DNA of 63,698 bases, the filler included, from Perkinsus chesapeaki ATCC PRA-425 (lineage: Eukaryota; Protista; Perkinsozoa), in NCBI GenBank assembly GCA_013115145.1. It is 4 parts of 4 records of this genome, joined end to end, with 100 filler letters (N's around TTAATTAATTAA, not from the genome) between each part and the next. Parts side by side here need not be neighbours in the genome. Positions count along the whole stretch, not along the records: positions 27,968 to 44,695 come from JAAPAO010000699.1; positions 44,796 to 62,455 come from JAAPAO010000681.1; 2 more parts are not named here. One strand, written 5' to 3'. The position numbers and the translations under genes were made by a program. Of this stretch, positions 33,607-46,741 are shown in pieces. The notes under the pieces are model-generated. The model did not search any database. It was not told the DNA's origin and saw only the letters and a program-made list of their open reading frames with translations. Numbering within the stretch: the stretch's first letter is position 1; every line of letters begins with the position of its first letter.

Positions 33607-35930
33607 TTAGACTATAGTGGTGAACTCCTTCGACCAGCATTCATTCAGAAAGTCGATACCATGCTCCTTGCCGACCACTCGTACAACAATAGCAGCATTA
33701 TTAGCAAAGTGCTCTATCTCCTCCTCGAACCCCATCTCGACAGGTTCTCGGAACCCGACCACATTCTCAACAGCTAGAGTCTGGAACAGACTGTCCATAT
33801 ACCTGATCAAGAGAGGGCCTCGATGGACCGCAGCACGGGAAAAGGAGCAGGAGCAGCTCTCACCGCTGAACTGCCTTTTTCATGTCAATCAAAACTTCAC
33901 TGGCAGATCTTGGGTACTGAGAAACCATACTGAAGGGCTATATAGAGACATTGACGGCAGCTTACATGCATCGGCAGCTGACCCTCCTTTTCCTCCGGAT
34001 AAAGCCGCTTTTCCGGAGGCCCATGGCCCCAAAGAGGATTAGACTTCGCAGGAAAATCAAGATAGGCAAGGTAAGCCAGACTTTGCGCGCCCGCATGACC
34101 AACAGGTCCCGTCAAGAAAGGACTCAACGGGCGTATACGGACACCTGAAGGAACGGTATGTCTCCAAAGACTTGGTAGAAAGCTTACTATGCTCGGCCTC
34201 AATCTCTCTGATGAGACCATCATCGTTTCGAAAACCAACATGGTAGAAACCGTCAATCAACTTGGTCGATGCTGTCATGACACGCACCAGAAGCCAGCAA
34301 CCGAAGGGGCCAGACTTCGGCACTGCAAACCTAACAGGTGTCGCTCTACGGCAGCAGACATGGCGATCTTACTTCTGTGATAAGGACGGGGGAATCGAGC
34401 AGCGCCCACCCTCCAGGTCCTTGATCATCCGCCGTGCTCGGTATGCCTCCGACACAAATGCTCTCCGGTGTGTTTCCGTCATACCGATTAAAAGATTCAA
34501 TTGAGGGTAGCTCGGCGACAGGACTGGAAGGACGTCTAGTTGGTCGTAGGGGTAGTCGGGCAGCCACTCCATGAAGGCCTGATCAGGTTTCAAGTGGCGC
34601 CGACCGCCGTAGTAGTAGTAGGCAACTTACTTCATTGGAAGCGTGCTCTAACACTTGCGTGTGAGAAGCTTTCCCTCGAGATGACACTTGTCTCTTCTTC
34701 TCACAGTACTGTGGCGGTGGCTCGTTACATAAATCAAAACTTGATAGCCCCGAAGTAGTTGGACACTCCAAAAGAAGGGCGACAGGTTGAGCTGACGGAA
34801 GAGGAACTATTCGTACCGTCGCCATTTCGGACGGTCTTACCGGGCTCAGGCAGGGCCAGGGACTCATCGGTCATATTGCCATCTGGGGAGGCCGATGCAC
34901 CCGAAAGCTGCTGGACGGACTTGAAGGTCTTGAATAGCTTTCCAGAAAGCTGGACTCGCCCTTCATCGACATTCTTGGTTCTAACCTGAACCCACCAAAT
35001 AAACTCTTCCCTGGCGATTGACTGTCTACCTGAGCTTGGATGCTGGATACTGCCTTAGAGCCCCTACCAGCCCTCTTGGCCTCGGTATGAATATCCAGTA
35101 CGTCCGGCAATTGGGAACTCACTTCGTAACCACCAAGCGGCCATTCTATCGAAAACCTACCACCGATACGCCTGCCAATATCGAAGCTGTGGTTCCCTTA
35201 CATTTGGAAGAAAGTGTTGACAGTAAGCTGCCAAGGCCAATCACTCACAGTTGTAGTTACTGTGCCTGCACTTGCGGCTGCATTTCTATAATTCTTAGCG
35301 TAGAATACATGCTGCCAGGCCCTTGCCACCATGACCGCCAAGGCCAATGGAGAGGGATAGGGTCCTGGCTCGTCCTCAGGGCAGTACCTGGAGAAGTCTG
35401 TCATCACGACGAGGGCGGCGATCGCTATCCTACACCCTTCGGTTCACTGCCCATCTCCGTACAAACTCTACAGCGTCACGATAGCTCTTTGGGAGCTGAC
35501 CCGGCTGACTGGCGGCCCAGGTGGAAATAACATTTCTGAGCCTAGTATACGCCTGGGCCAATACCAAGGCCTGAACATAAGGGGCTCGAAGCGGACTAAC
35601 AAACCACTACTGCTTACAACAGCACTTGCCGGATCATCACGACTAACGGCCTGTTTGTTGATAAGCAGACCTGTAGTGTCCGAGAGGACTTGAGATATGT
35701 CCGCTGGGAACGGAGTTAGTTGTAGGAAGCAGCAGTGGACTCTGACCAGGCATCCATTCGGATCTGATCCTGGCATCGGGCGGAACCTATCGGCAGGGGA
35801 AGGCTTATCCACGCATACTGTATGCATCGTTGATTACCTCACTTTAAGTACTGTGCCAGGTGCACTAGTAACATATGCCTCTGATAGGGAGGGGCCCTGA
35901 TACCTCCTCAGGAAATGCCTAATAACAGTT
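33607..35930 (-). CDS. Multi-exon hypothetical protein, 5' end uncertain
   Basis: Minus-strand exons splice in frame, e.g. SQK|FAVPKSG and QLPMH|[25 protein letters not shown]|[16 protein letters not shown]...EFTTIV-stop. Confidence 0.6.
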
Positions 35931-36079
35931 AAGTATTGGAAAACATAATCTACCCCCCGAAAACTCCACACAATACGAAATGCACCGGTGATGATCTGAT
36001 CCGTGCTGTATTACGGAGGAGGAGGAGGAGGCGGAGCGATGTTATAATGGAAACGAACCATCAGTAACTATGAAGCTCA

Positions 36080-39000
36080 GCTAGCGCTGCCAGAACAGAC
36101 GAACTCTGTCCAAACTCCATTGCCGCGGGTTCGTTTTTGCTTCATCAACTTGCTCCCTTATGGAGGCCATAAGTTGTTGGTGATTTCTCGTGTTCTCTAC
36201 TACTACTATTGAGCATTTCCGGTCCCTCCCCTTACAATAGGTCAGTGGAGAGATCTTGGGCCATAGAGAGCTCTGTGTCGTCTAAGCCGTTTAGTCCCTG
36301 GGAGTTACATTCTGCTGATGTTGTTAGTTCACCAAGGAACATATTCGAGGTCCACAATACGTGGGGAATGAGCCATAACTGCCATACCGTACCATCCATG
36401 AATGCCCCGCAATTCGTATACTACCGCATCAAAGCCGTTCTGCCATTTCGCCTTATAAAGGGAATCACTGTACGGTGCTGTGAGGCTACCTGGAAGAAGA
36501 CACAAAGGTGGTGACGAAGGTACCCCTAGCGATAGAGCAGCAGCAGCAAGTTACATGTAGTTGGCAGCCCAAGCAATATCCGTTGACTGTGATTAGTAAA
36601 CCAGGATGATATTATACCTAGGCCGACTGAGATGCCAAACCCTTCCAAGTTAGAGTTACCCTACCCGAAAGCTCCTCTATGAGTTGATCCCGAAGGGCCT
36701 CATCAGGCGAGGGGGTGGTCATAGTGAACTCTAACAGTAGTGTATGTCAACAACCTCTACCCTTTCGAACACAACACCGTAGAGGGTACGAGTGTACAAA
36801 GGCTCTAAGGAGCTTCATGCATCCATCGCTGCTGCATGTTATCAATACTGCTACTGCTACTACCATTGCCGGAAATGGGAATGTGGCTGGTAAAGGTCCC
36901 AATCATCAACTAAATGGAACTTGATAAGATTCGCGGGATGTATAAAATGCTTTGGTTTCTTCCACCACAGTTCGCCCAGCTGCTTCCGATACCTACAAGC
37001 GCATCACCAACGAAGGGAGGACGAAAATTCGCCCTACAAAGTCTCAACAACTTCCCTTAAATTTTCACATTGCTCCAAATCCTTTGGCTCCACTGCCGGC
37101 TTGGGTGCCAAGGGTATCCAATCCGGCTCCTCTGTCACATTCTTCTTAGGCTTGGCTCCTGTCCATCAACAGTACTGAACACTCCAAACATTAGTTCACC
37201 CTTCTTATTCGCCTTTAAGTCCTGCTCCTCCTCTATCTCCACTATCCGCCTTCTAGACAGCTGCGTTGCCGCCGCCATAACAATATCGCACAATACTTCC
37301 GGGTCAACCTACAAGCCCCATAACTCCCACTTAGGCGTATCAACCCTACCTCCTTCAAAAACTTCTTCACATGTACATTTGGATCCGTCGCCATCTTCGA
37401 CAGGGTTCTCCGTGCCTGGGGCGTAAGGCGCAGCTCCGACTGCAGCTCTGATTGAAGGTAGCTCAGCATCCTTCTCACGTGTATCTGAGCTCATCATCAT
37501 CGCCTCGCCACCCTCACCCTGAAAGCCATCCCCACCTTCCGCTTCGCGTACTCAGTATACCCGTCCACTAGGATCGCCGATACGATCAGCCAGAACACCA
37601 CTCGTTGGGGCAGCATCACCTTAACAAGGCCCATACTGGCAGCACTAGAGGAGACTCCCCGTGGGATTACTGCAAGGCAAAGGGCTAGTATCCCTAGAAC
37701 GACTATTATGTCCGTCATCCACGGAACCTTCCACGCTATTATATTCCGGAACTGCTCGAGCTTGGATATGGTATCGAATACGGCCATTTGTATCTGTACA
37801 ACGGCCCCCTACAGTGTCCCCCACTAGCACCACCACCACCATCATTACCTTAGACCCCTCCTCCATTACCATCCGATACTTCGCTAATAAACCGGCATTA
37901 CTGTTGTTCTCATCTTCGGAGTCCTTATATGCCTGGTCACGATCCTCGGTCTCCTCCGATAGATCATGAAGAGTTAGTTCCACCTTAACAATGATAAAAA
38001 CAACACTAGTTTATAAGGTATAGTCGGAGAACTCAGATGGGTACGAATACACGCCACAGAAAATCAAGGCCAGAATTCTGGCCGAAACTCCCGCGGTAAC
38101 AGAGCGCTGGGCGAGGTGTACACAAGGGTGGAATACTCCCACTGTGAATGCACTTAGCCGCCCTCTTAGACCAGCTCATCATCTCCAAACAGAGTGTCAC
38201 TGCCCGGTGCTCTCCTCCTCTCACGTACATCGGCACTTGATGCCTCCCCAACAACTACTCCCTTCCAAAGCCTTCGCCGCACCCAATGCTTATGCATCTG
38301 GAATGATGGGTCCCATTTCTTTACCCTATCTTTCGAAAATGATTTAGCATATCTAGCAACCGATGCTGCAGCTAACAGTCAAGCCTAGCCCCTCCCTTAC
38401 TGCCAGCCGTAGTGGTCAGATTCTTTACGCTGCACATGGATGCGCCAAGAATACCTGCCGCCACTACTAACTTAACCACCGTATTTCTACCCCTACTTGA
38501 TGCCACTCATAATAGTAGATGGGGCACCAACAAGGGGAATGAGCTCTGTCAGATTCTCCGGGTGACACTCATCTGAACAACCATTCCCGATCTCTCCCAT
38601 CGTAGCCTCTTCCCTACACCAACGTGCTTCATCTCCCTTCAAGTACTCATGTGAAAAGGTCTTCAGCGCTCCGCCAAACCCTTGTATAACTGTATCGACA
38701 CCATATTGCCCCATTGTCCTTCCCCAAAGTACTACCCTGCGCCGCGGCATCGTAACCCATGTTAGCTACACCTGTGTCCCTCCTTCGACTGAACCTCATC
38801 GGTGGAGCTGTCACTTTCCTCCTCTCACATTCGTACACATGTATACAGCTAATAGTAGCACTAAAAGGCATCCACCCCTCTTTATTACATCTCCTTATCT
38901 GATGCAGCATCATCGCCTTCATCTTCAGATTCCTCCAGTCCCATAGCCGCACGCCTACAGCAACCTAATACTCCCACGGCTAACAACAAGCTCACTCCAG

Positions 39001-41350
39001 CATCGATGCTCGACCAGATGTGCTCAATAAGGACACTCTGGATGGCGGCGAATCCTTCACAGACACTGAATGGCACCTCGATTACTGGGTTACAGAGACT
39101 CTCTCACCTCGAGATGGCCGACCACCGGTAGGGGAAGTACTGCGACCACCTTGTGCATCGAGCATGTGCCGCCAATCAAAGTCATCCTTAGCCAAGAAGG
39201 TTAGTCCCAATGGGCACAGGTATCTATAATGCTAGCAGTTCCATAAGCCGTCAGTCTACTATCCCCTGACCTGATATAGAACCTCGGGTACTGTGGATGG
39301 GCCCGTAGGATAGCATATATGATACCAGAGAGGGTAAGACATAAAAGCCAATCAGTAAGGAAGAGAATGCAGACTGAATAAGCTAAGTAGAACTGCACTG
39401 TGCCTAAATACGATACATTCAGTAATAGAATCCCTTCAACTTCCAGGTGACTCACTCTTCGGCTTTCGCCACTGCAGCACCTCTACCACACACGCCACCA
39501 CAGGCTTACACAACGCTACGAAGTGCTTCAACCTAGTAATAAGATTACTGCGAAAACATACGAGGTTCTTTACCTTTGGACTTGAAGTTTGAACATATCA
39601 ATGCTGAACTCAGGTCGATGGGTTATACACACGTTTCTGGATCGATCAGCTGGGATACTGAACATCTACCGCACAGATGGAGGCGTGTCAGTATCTTCAC
39701 CGACTCTACCTGCGTCCACCTCTGCGTCCTGTAATATGTCCGGACAAGCAACTCTCCTCTGTCGAGCTTATCCGTCACTTTAGGTTTCTCTCCCCTCAGT
39801 TTAAGCTTCCATACAAGAGTAGTGTTCTGCCTGAAGCACCCATGATCACGAGTCAGGCTCAAGGTGAGGCTACTTCAGGGCGTGAAGAGGCAGAGTCGCC
39901 ACACCGAGAAGGTCATCAGCTGATAGCTCGTCCTCATCATAAACATAGAAGGAAACCGACCACGAAGGGTCGTCATGAAAAACGGGCAGTTGAAGTATCT
40001 GCCATCTCCCATGCACATGCGACTTGACTTATTTTGCATCTTCCCTGTTTGAACCTAAGATACTACCTGCCGATATTCCGGATTGAGATTCTCATATACT
40101 GTTCTTGTGCTACACTGTCTGTTATCAAATTCCACAACAACATAAGGATCAGAGTTCCCTCCCCAATCAGCCGCCATCTAACAACCCATCATCAGCCCAC
40201 ATCCCCTCCCCCGCACATTACCAAATTCTTAGCCGAGATCACATCTACCAATATCAAACCACAAAGTCTCAATCCCGGCTGGGTAGTACATCGGGGAACA
40301 GTCTGAAGGCAGCAGCCCGCCTCAGCAAGCTCTTGAGGCGTGCACTTACACCAATGGAAGATTCATCCTTGGACCCTTGCAGGTGCACGCCAGCAGCCCC
40401 GCCACCCATAGCCAAAGGAAGACGGTCAAAGTACCTACGTGGGCACTAGAACTTCTTCTTCTAGTTGTCTTTACTACTTCCACGAAGTAGCCCTAAGAAA
40501 GGCCCTGATCCATTGGGGCCTATCATCACTCTTGGGTGTGGCAAATACCAAAGGCTCTATCTTTAGACCTGATAATCCACTGGGCTTGTAAATCACGCCA
40601 ACTACCTTACCAGGCCTCTTAGCAAGGTACACTGTAAACATTGACAATGCACGGCTTTGCCTACTCCGTCGCCCTCTGTCCAGAACAAGCGACTAACAAC
40701 ACAGTCTGAGATCGGTTCGCCAAATCGCCCGAAAAACTAATAGGATGGCAAGCAGCAGCCCTCTGTATTACGGCAACTCCGATCTTCTCAGATGCATGAT
40801 GCGGTTGTTCCTCCTGTGGCCTAGCTTCCGCTGCTACTATAGTTGCCCCAGCCAGGCATCGAACCTAGGACCATCCCTACTATAACAGACGACCTTCCCC
40901 TCCTACACTAGCAGTCTGATGCTCCTTAACATCAGTCAACTTGAACCAAATAACCATCCCTCCTCTAACCTCTACCCACCTCCTACTGAATATACCCGTT
41001 CGTGGCCTCCTTTTAAACCTACACTAACCCACTCCCTCTCAACAGCGCTCCCCTCCTATTACAGCGTTCCACTTTTTATCAAGCCTGATGGTGGAGCCAA
41101 GCTAGACAGATCTACCATGCTTGGCTTTGGTGATATATCAGGCAAGGGCCTCGTCGGACTAGCCGACCTGTAGCTTTCCATTTCCCTATACAATCTGCAC
41201 CCCTACCCACTTCAAACAAACGCAACACAGCAAGGGGATTGTCGAGCTTATACCTCGAGCTTTCTAACACTGCCATTATCATTAGGATATATACGTCGCA
41301 AATCATCTCAGTAATACCATCCTCCTCGGCTGTGGAGAATACAGCCAAAA
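36080..41350 (-). CDS. PH domain + C2 domain + MCTP/PRT_C-like transmembrane protein, multi-exon; ends approximate
   Basis: PH-like [31 protein letters not shown] ... [16 protein letters not shown]; C2 [42 protein letters not shown]; MCTP-like [13 protein letters not shown]...[19 protein letters not shown] followed by hydrophobic helices. Confidence 0.65.
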
Positions 41351-41622
41351 TTCCAGCAAATAAGAGATAACAAAAACATCATCCATAGATGGGGTTGTGA
41401 TAAAGAGGACTCCTACGCTGCACGATCGACTTGACAGTAACGAACTATTGACAGTACCCGGAAAATAGCCGATCAGAAAGCAGCAGCCCCTGCTGCTGGA
41501 GTGTCAAAGTGGGCGGTGTCGGTGGATACTGCTGCCCAGTGGATATAAATACTAGTAAAACGGCAATGGTACTAACGATCACTTTACAGATGAAGAAGGC
41601 AACGTAACGCGCCTCAAAATTC

Positions 41623-42064
41623 CTACAAAGCAGAATAATCGTCATGTACTTTACTGTAGCTACGATATGCATGTCTCTTTCCAAAGAAGGTTCCCAACCA
41701 GAAAGTGACGAGGCACGTTGTTAGGGTGACAGTGAGAGTGGTCCATAAACTGTAGCCAGGAGCCGGTGGGGGCGTACTGGTGAGGAGTATCTGACATACA
41801 CGGGACATAATACTAACATAGTAGTTGCTTTACAAACCCAGCTATTATTATTACCCCATCCTTGGCGGCCTCATACGCCTCTGGACCAGCTGGCACGACG
41901 TAATGATCACCGGGACGATAGAAGTCATCAGAGAAGCCTATCATCCTCATGTACCACTCAGGCTGAGGTAAACTGCCTTGGAAATCCATACGACCATCGG
42001 GGAAGTTATAATAACCATCATTATATCGAACCTGCAACAGCACATTTACATACAAACTACTACC

Positions 42065-42098
<34 letters not shown>

Positions 42099-44530
42099 AC
42101 ACCTACGATAAGCTCATCAGCCAACTTCCACCACTCCTGTGTGATGCGTCTTTGGACTCTCAATTGGAGATCGTTTAACATCGCCGTCTGCTCTTCCGGA
42201 TCGGATAGCTTAGCGGCCTTACTCTCAACCCGATCGGCCTCCTGTAGGACCCACCTACAGATCATATATACCACCACAAGTAGGAGCTCCCACCATGACC
42301 TCCTACTTTTGGAGCTCATCACGTTTGGGATACACCATCTCCTCGCTCATATTCTGATAATTGTTGTTCATCCAATTGGCAACGAAATCGAAAGCCCAAA
42401 ATGCCGTAGAACGGTTGAATTCCTGAACAAGCGAATCATTCCCCAACTCAAGCCCGGTGGTACTTGTAGTGCCGGCCCATATTGAGTACCGAAGCTGGGG
42501 TCTACCGCGTCGGCTTGGGAGTAAAATGGCACAAATACAGAGGTGGCAGGGGCGTCCAATGCATACCAGACTTTGGGGAACGGCTTCTCACTGGTGGCAA
42601 CCATAGTGTAACTTGTTCGATGAAGGGAGATCGCCCTAGGGATCTGACCCTTCACTTCCTTCATAAGCGCACCACTGATCTCATAGTTGGGATTACCGTA
42701 CATGCCTGATTAAAGCTCAATGAGATATCCCATCCGATAATGCTCCTCCTCCTCACCCGCTAGGATTCCCTTGGTCATGTCAAATTCGGTACCCTCATAA
42801 TGGTCACGATGAAGATCAAAAATTTCATTGATAGTTACAGGTCGATCCACTGGAACGGAGAAGGGATAGTCCGAGGGGTTCTCCCTATTAGGGACCTGAA
42901 CAACAACAACGACCATCATCATACCACAGTCACCGACAACACTGTGAACCCGTTGACGCTAATAATCATCAATAATAGTATATAACTGCTAATAATCTCG
43001 GTCATGTTTCATACTAGACCGATGGATGTATTTTCACACTAAAGTCCATTAAGTATTTCCCCATCAGAAACATGCACACTTTTCCACCGGACGACCATCT
43101 GATCCGATTCGAGAATATCCCTACAGTCATCAGGACATTGGCCGAACAGATTGCAGTTGGACAGTTGCAGCAGCACAGTGGAGCTATATTACGTGGCTTA
43201 CCTTTTGAGAATTAGCAACCCTATCAAAGACTCTCCATTGTCTTAAAGCAGCGTATCTTGGTAGAGACAGAGGAGCACCGATAACCTTGGACCAATCGAA
43301 GACACCCTTGCCTACACAATATCACCGTACAGCTACCACTGCTACTACTACTACTACTACCATCCCAAAGGCCCATGTCCTTGGTCTTCTCGAAGAGCCC
43401 CTCGGAATAGATAAACTCATCAGGTTTATTGGGCTTAACTTGTTTAATAATGACGTTATTAGCCACCACAGCGACATGGTCATCGGGAACCTAGACCATG
43501 ACCGACTCGTCGCCCTTCCTCCTCCTCTCCCCACACGCTTACCCTCTGTGCAACCCAGAAGGCACCATTCTTGCCATCGCCTTGAATCTCAAATACCCAA
43601 GCCTCGGTATCATCAATAATCGTGATGGCCTCACTGGACCCGTATCTACCATACAACCTACTACCCCAGCCCCCTAAAGCCGACTGTTAACCATCATTAC
43701 TCTTCACCGGCAAAGCCATACTGCTCGGCCAAAGTGCCTATCTTGTTAATAGCGCATCTGGCCGTCTCACAGCGCTCCATAGCGATGGCCATCAACGGGG
43801 CAATCGTGAAGAGGGCCGTGCCTGTAGGTGAATCATAAAAAGGACAGCCCCCCCGCCCTACCTTCCTTGCCGGTGACCTCATCCTTGTGGAAAACTTCTT
43901 GAATTGCCAATGACTTCTTAGCTGCAGTAGTGCTCTCACCAATGGCCAATCCCTAAACTAACATCAGGCCCCCCCAACAGAGCAAGGGTGGGATTACCTT
44001 TGAATTGATAAGAGGATAAGATGATTCCCAAAGGGCATGAGTGGGGCCCTCACTGGGAACATAGCCCAATGGCATGGATTCGTTTTGACCTGAACCACCC
44101 TATCACACTCCACTCCTCCCCTCCTCCGCCGCCCTACCAGACAATGGCTCATAGATATCCGCACGGCCCTTGGTAACAACTCTGGGGTAGAGTGATTGAA
44201 TGTTATCGTAGACCGGTCTCGGGCCGGTGCCATTGGTCCTGGGCACATACGCCATTCGATTGTCACAGTTCATGCAGTCATTGGCATGAGTCGCCACTGG
44301 ATACCCGAACGTAGTAGCTTTACGCCCGAAAATCATACTGGTACACTTATCAGCATTGCTGTCGAGATACTTCACTCGCCTAAAAACCAATACTAGATAC
44401 CAATACATCATCATCCCCTGGCCTACTCAGCAACATCAGGATCCATAGCTGATGCTGATGCAGCACTACCGATGAGGGCAGCCCCAATAGGCAATACAAA
44501 TAGATAACGGCGACGACCGGTGAATGCCAT
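41623..44530 (-). CDS. Peptidase family C69 dipeptidase (secernin-like Ntn hydrolase), signal peptide and C-terminal TM, multi-exon
   Basis: CTSMIFGRKATTFGYPVATHANDC (catalytic N-terminal Cys), YPRVV, LFTIAPLMAIAMERCETARCAI, VPDDHVAVVAN, DYPFSVPVD...IFDLHRDHYEGTEFDMTKG, PRAISLHRT, VWYALDAPATSVFVPFY. ATG at 44530. Confidence 0.92.
42066..42098 (+). repeat. (CAA)11 microsatellite, intronic in the C69 gene
   Basis: Seen directly. Confidence 0.97.
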
Positions 44531-44695
44531 AATGAACGTAGCTGTAAAACAATTAACAGTGACGCCGCCGGAGGAACCGGTAGCGACAGTGATGGCGCCG
44601 CCGCCGATGCAGATCTCGCTCGCCTAGCAGCCGATCGTCCTGAGGCCGCTAGACGAAAAATCGGAGTGGTTGGTCAGCATGTGCGCCCACTGCAG

Positions 44696-44795
44696 NNNNN
44701 NNNNNNNNNNNNNNNNNNNNNNNNNNNNNNNNNNNNNNNTTAATTAATTAANNNNNNNNNNNNNNNNNNNNNNNNNNNNNNNNNNNNNNNNNNNN
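44696..44795. other. Artificial contig linker (N-TTAATTAATTAA-N)
   Basis: Same 100-nt spacer as at 27868. Confidence 0.98.
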
Positions 44796-45214
44796 CCTAC
44801 TCACTCATTCATTATGCCTGCATCCATCAACGAGTTGCGTCAAGAGAATGAACGGAACATCTTAACACAAGTCACATACTGGACTTGAATGCAGTAGCTG
44901 TTGGGTGGGGTTGAGAGTCAGTAAAGAGTTCCGGCTCTCGGCATCTTGGCCCAGAAGGTGGTCTATCCGTATCATAACGAACTTACCTCGGATTTCCAAT
45001 TCATCCCGACTGTCATTTAATGCGCTACGGTGGACCTCGGTCTCCGTCGGAGATTCTCCGAAAGCCGATACCGAAGTAGTTGAATCGCGATTTGGATTCT
45101 AAGGGATGCGACTGTTGAGAAACGCCAGGAACGTTGTTCGAAAGACTCGTTACGATGAAAGGAGGAGATATTCAAGCAAGGGATTTTGAATAATCACGGT
45201 GTTTTCAGTTAAAA

Positions 45215-45280
45215 TACTTGAGCGGTTAGCGTACTTGTTTCCAGAGCACGAGATCGTCGGTTCGATCCCCGGCGGTGGTG
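45215..45280 (+). pseudogene. tRNA-like relic (Trp-CCA-like loop) or tRNA-derived SINE head
   Basis: B box GGTTCGATCC (45259-45268), A-box-like TACTTGAGCGG and a TTCCAGA loop (45239-45245) in a 4/5 stem. No pairable acceptor stem. Confidence 0.4.
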
Positions 45281-45586
45281 AATCGAAACTATTCTTAATC
45301 TTTCTTTGTCAGAACTTCAGTGCACCGGACACATCAGCATAGTAAAGTAGCCTTCCACTTCTGTGAATATCCTTCTCTTCTTTCTGATACTTATACTCAT
45401 AGAGTGGCCAGTAACAATTCGTCCTGATCGCCGTGGAACTACTCCAGTGTAGGTATCGTCATTCTCATCGTATCTTGCTACCATCTTAACCAGGCAGCGC
45501 TTGGCAACGTGGTCACTAGCGCTACTCAGCAGTCATGGCGAATCCATCTTCTTATTATGTCTACTACCTGACAGCTTGTTTGTCAA

Positions 45587-46741
45587 ATGTCTGGCAGCGA
45601 CGATGGCATCTCCCAGCCAAAGCTAACTGGATCACCAGAAGTTGTCCTAAACGCTGCCAATATCGGATTTACCTACGGAAGGCAGGTACTCCATAAAGAA
45701 CATACCTTCGATTGGCGTGGGGTCACCACTGCTCTGCAACATTACCAAGAGCGGGGAATTGAATGTGTATGGGTTGTTGCCAGCGTTGCCCATTTAAAAC
45801 ACAATCCTGACGTCCCGAAAGAGCTCGAGAGAATCATGGCGAGAATAACCCCGCGAGATGGCATGCCGGACAGGGATGACCTTATGACCGTAAGGATTGC
45901 TGAAAAGTATTCGGCACAGTATGTGGATAATGACAACTACCGTAATTGGGAGGGTCGCGCACCACCGAGCACGATTCAGTGGGTCAAAGATAATCTTGAA
46001 CTCCATGTTCACTATGATTTCCTACCTGATGGTACCTTCAGTACGGACATGGCCAGCCCAGTGCCTACGAGTGCTATGGATATAGATGATAGTTTTGATA
46101 TGGAGCAGAGGGGTGCAGCCGTCGGCGAACCGCAGCCTTCTCCGGTATTTGGGACGTCCAATGCCTCCTTTAAATGGCACCCGTCGAATCAGAGCGGTGA
46201 TGAAAAACCGAAAATGAAAAACTTCAAGGGTACTAAAGCCCGGCCATCACGATCGTCCAGGGTAGATGCTAGGAAAGGTGGTTACTCTGTCAGAGGGCGA
46301 GAACCATGGAAACCTTGTAGGCCTACGCCATACGGTCAGCTGCCGCAGGTCAGCACCTGTGATTTCCCGACCTTCAGTGTTGGTGCGAATGGGACACCCA
46401 GTCCTCCGAGCAATGGTTCTCAGTCGGTTGAGGAAGCCTGGACAGACGGTGCTACTATGATTGGAAGCTTTAATGCGGATGAGTACACTACTGCCCCGGC
46501 CCCTCAAGCTCCACGTAATCTCAAGCGGAAGGCCAAGCCTGAAGTTGCGGGGCTTCAAAGAGCTCCTACAGCGACCAGACGACGGGAAGAGAACTCCCAT
46601 ATCCGTAGAAGTGCCTCTAGCTGCTGTCAGACTGCCGATTCTAACTCTGGCAATGTGGAGGGATGGGACGATAATCTAGTAGCATTCATCACTAATGATG
46701 GATTTGACTCGCACCGTGCCAATGTTGACGGTACGGCTTAG
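45587..46741 (+). CDS. Zc3h12a/Regnase-type NYN (PIN-like) ribonuclease-domain protein with a disordered C-terminus, intronless
   Basis: VVLNAANIGFTYG...FDWRGVTTALQHYQERG...TP...RDDLMTVRIAEKYSAQYVDNDNYR matches the VIDGSNV...FS..GI..A...F..RG...TP...YDD......A......IVSNDNYR pattern. Confidence 0.8.
   Translation: MSGSDDGISQPKLTGSPEVVLNAANIGFTYGRQVLHKEHTFDWRGVTTALQHYQERGIECVWVVASVAHLKHNPDVPKELERIMARITPRDGMPDRDDLMTVRIAEKYSAQYVDNDNYRNWEGRAPPSTIQWVKDNLELHVHYDFLPDGTFSTDMASPVPTSAMDIDDSFDMEQRGAAVGEPQPSPVFGTSNASFKWHPSNQSGDEKPKMKNFKGTKARPSRSSRVDARKGGYSVRGREPWKPCRPTPYGQLPQVSTCDFPTFSVGANGTPSPPSNGSQSVEEAWTDGATMIGSFNADEYTTAPAPQAPRNLKRKAKPEVAGLQRAPTATRRREENSHIRRSASSCCQTADSNSGNVEGWDDNLVAFITNDGFDSHRANVDGTA

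Noticed and set aside
34022-34250. Plus-strand mini-gene [16 protein letters not shown] with a neat GT-AG intron
   Set aside because: It overlaps antisense with a minus-strand gene whose exons splice coherently in frame, and the plus-strand model soon hits a stop.
41813-42322. ORF with a poly-Cys run suggesting a metal-binding or selenoprotein-like product
   Set aside because: The run is an intronic (GTT)n microsatellite read through within the C69 gene.
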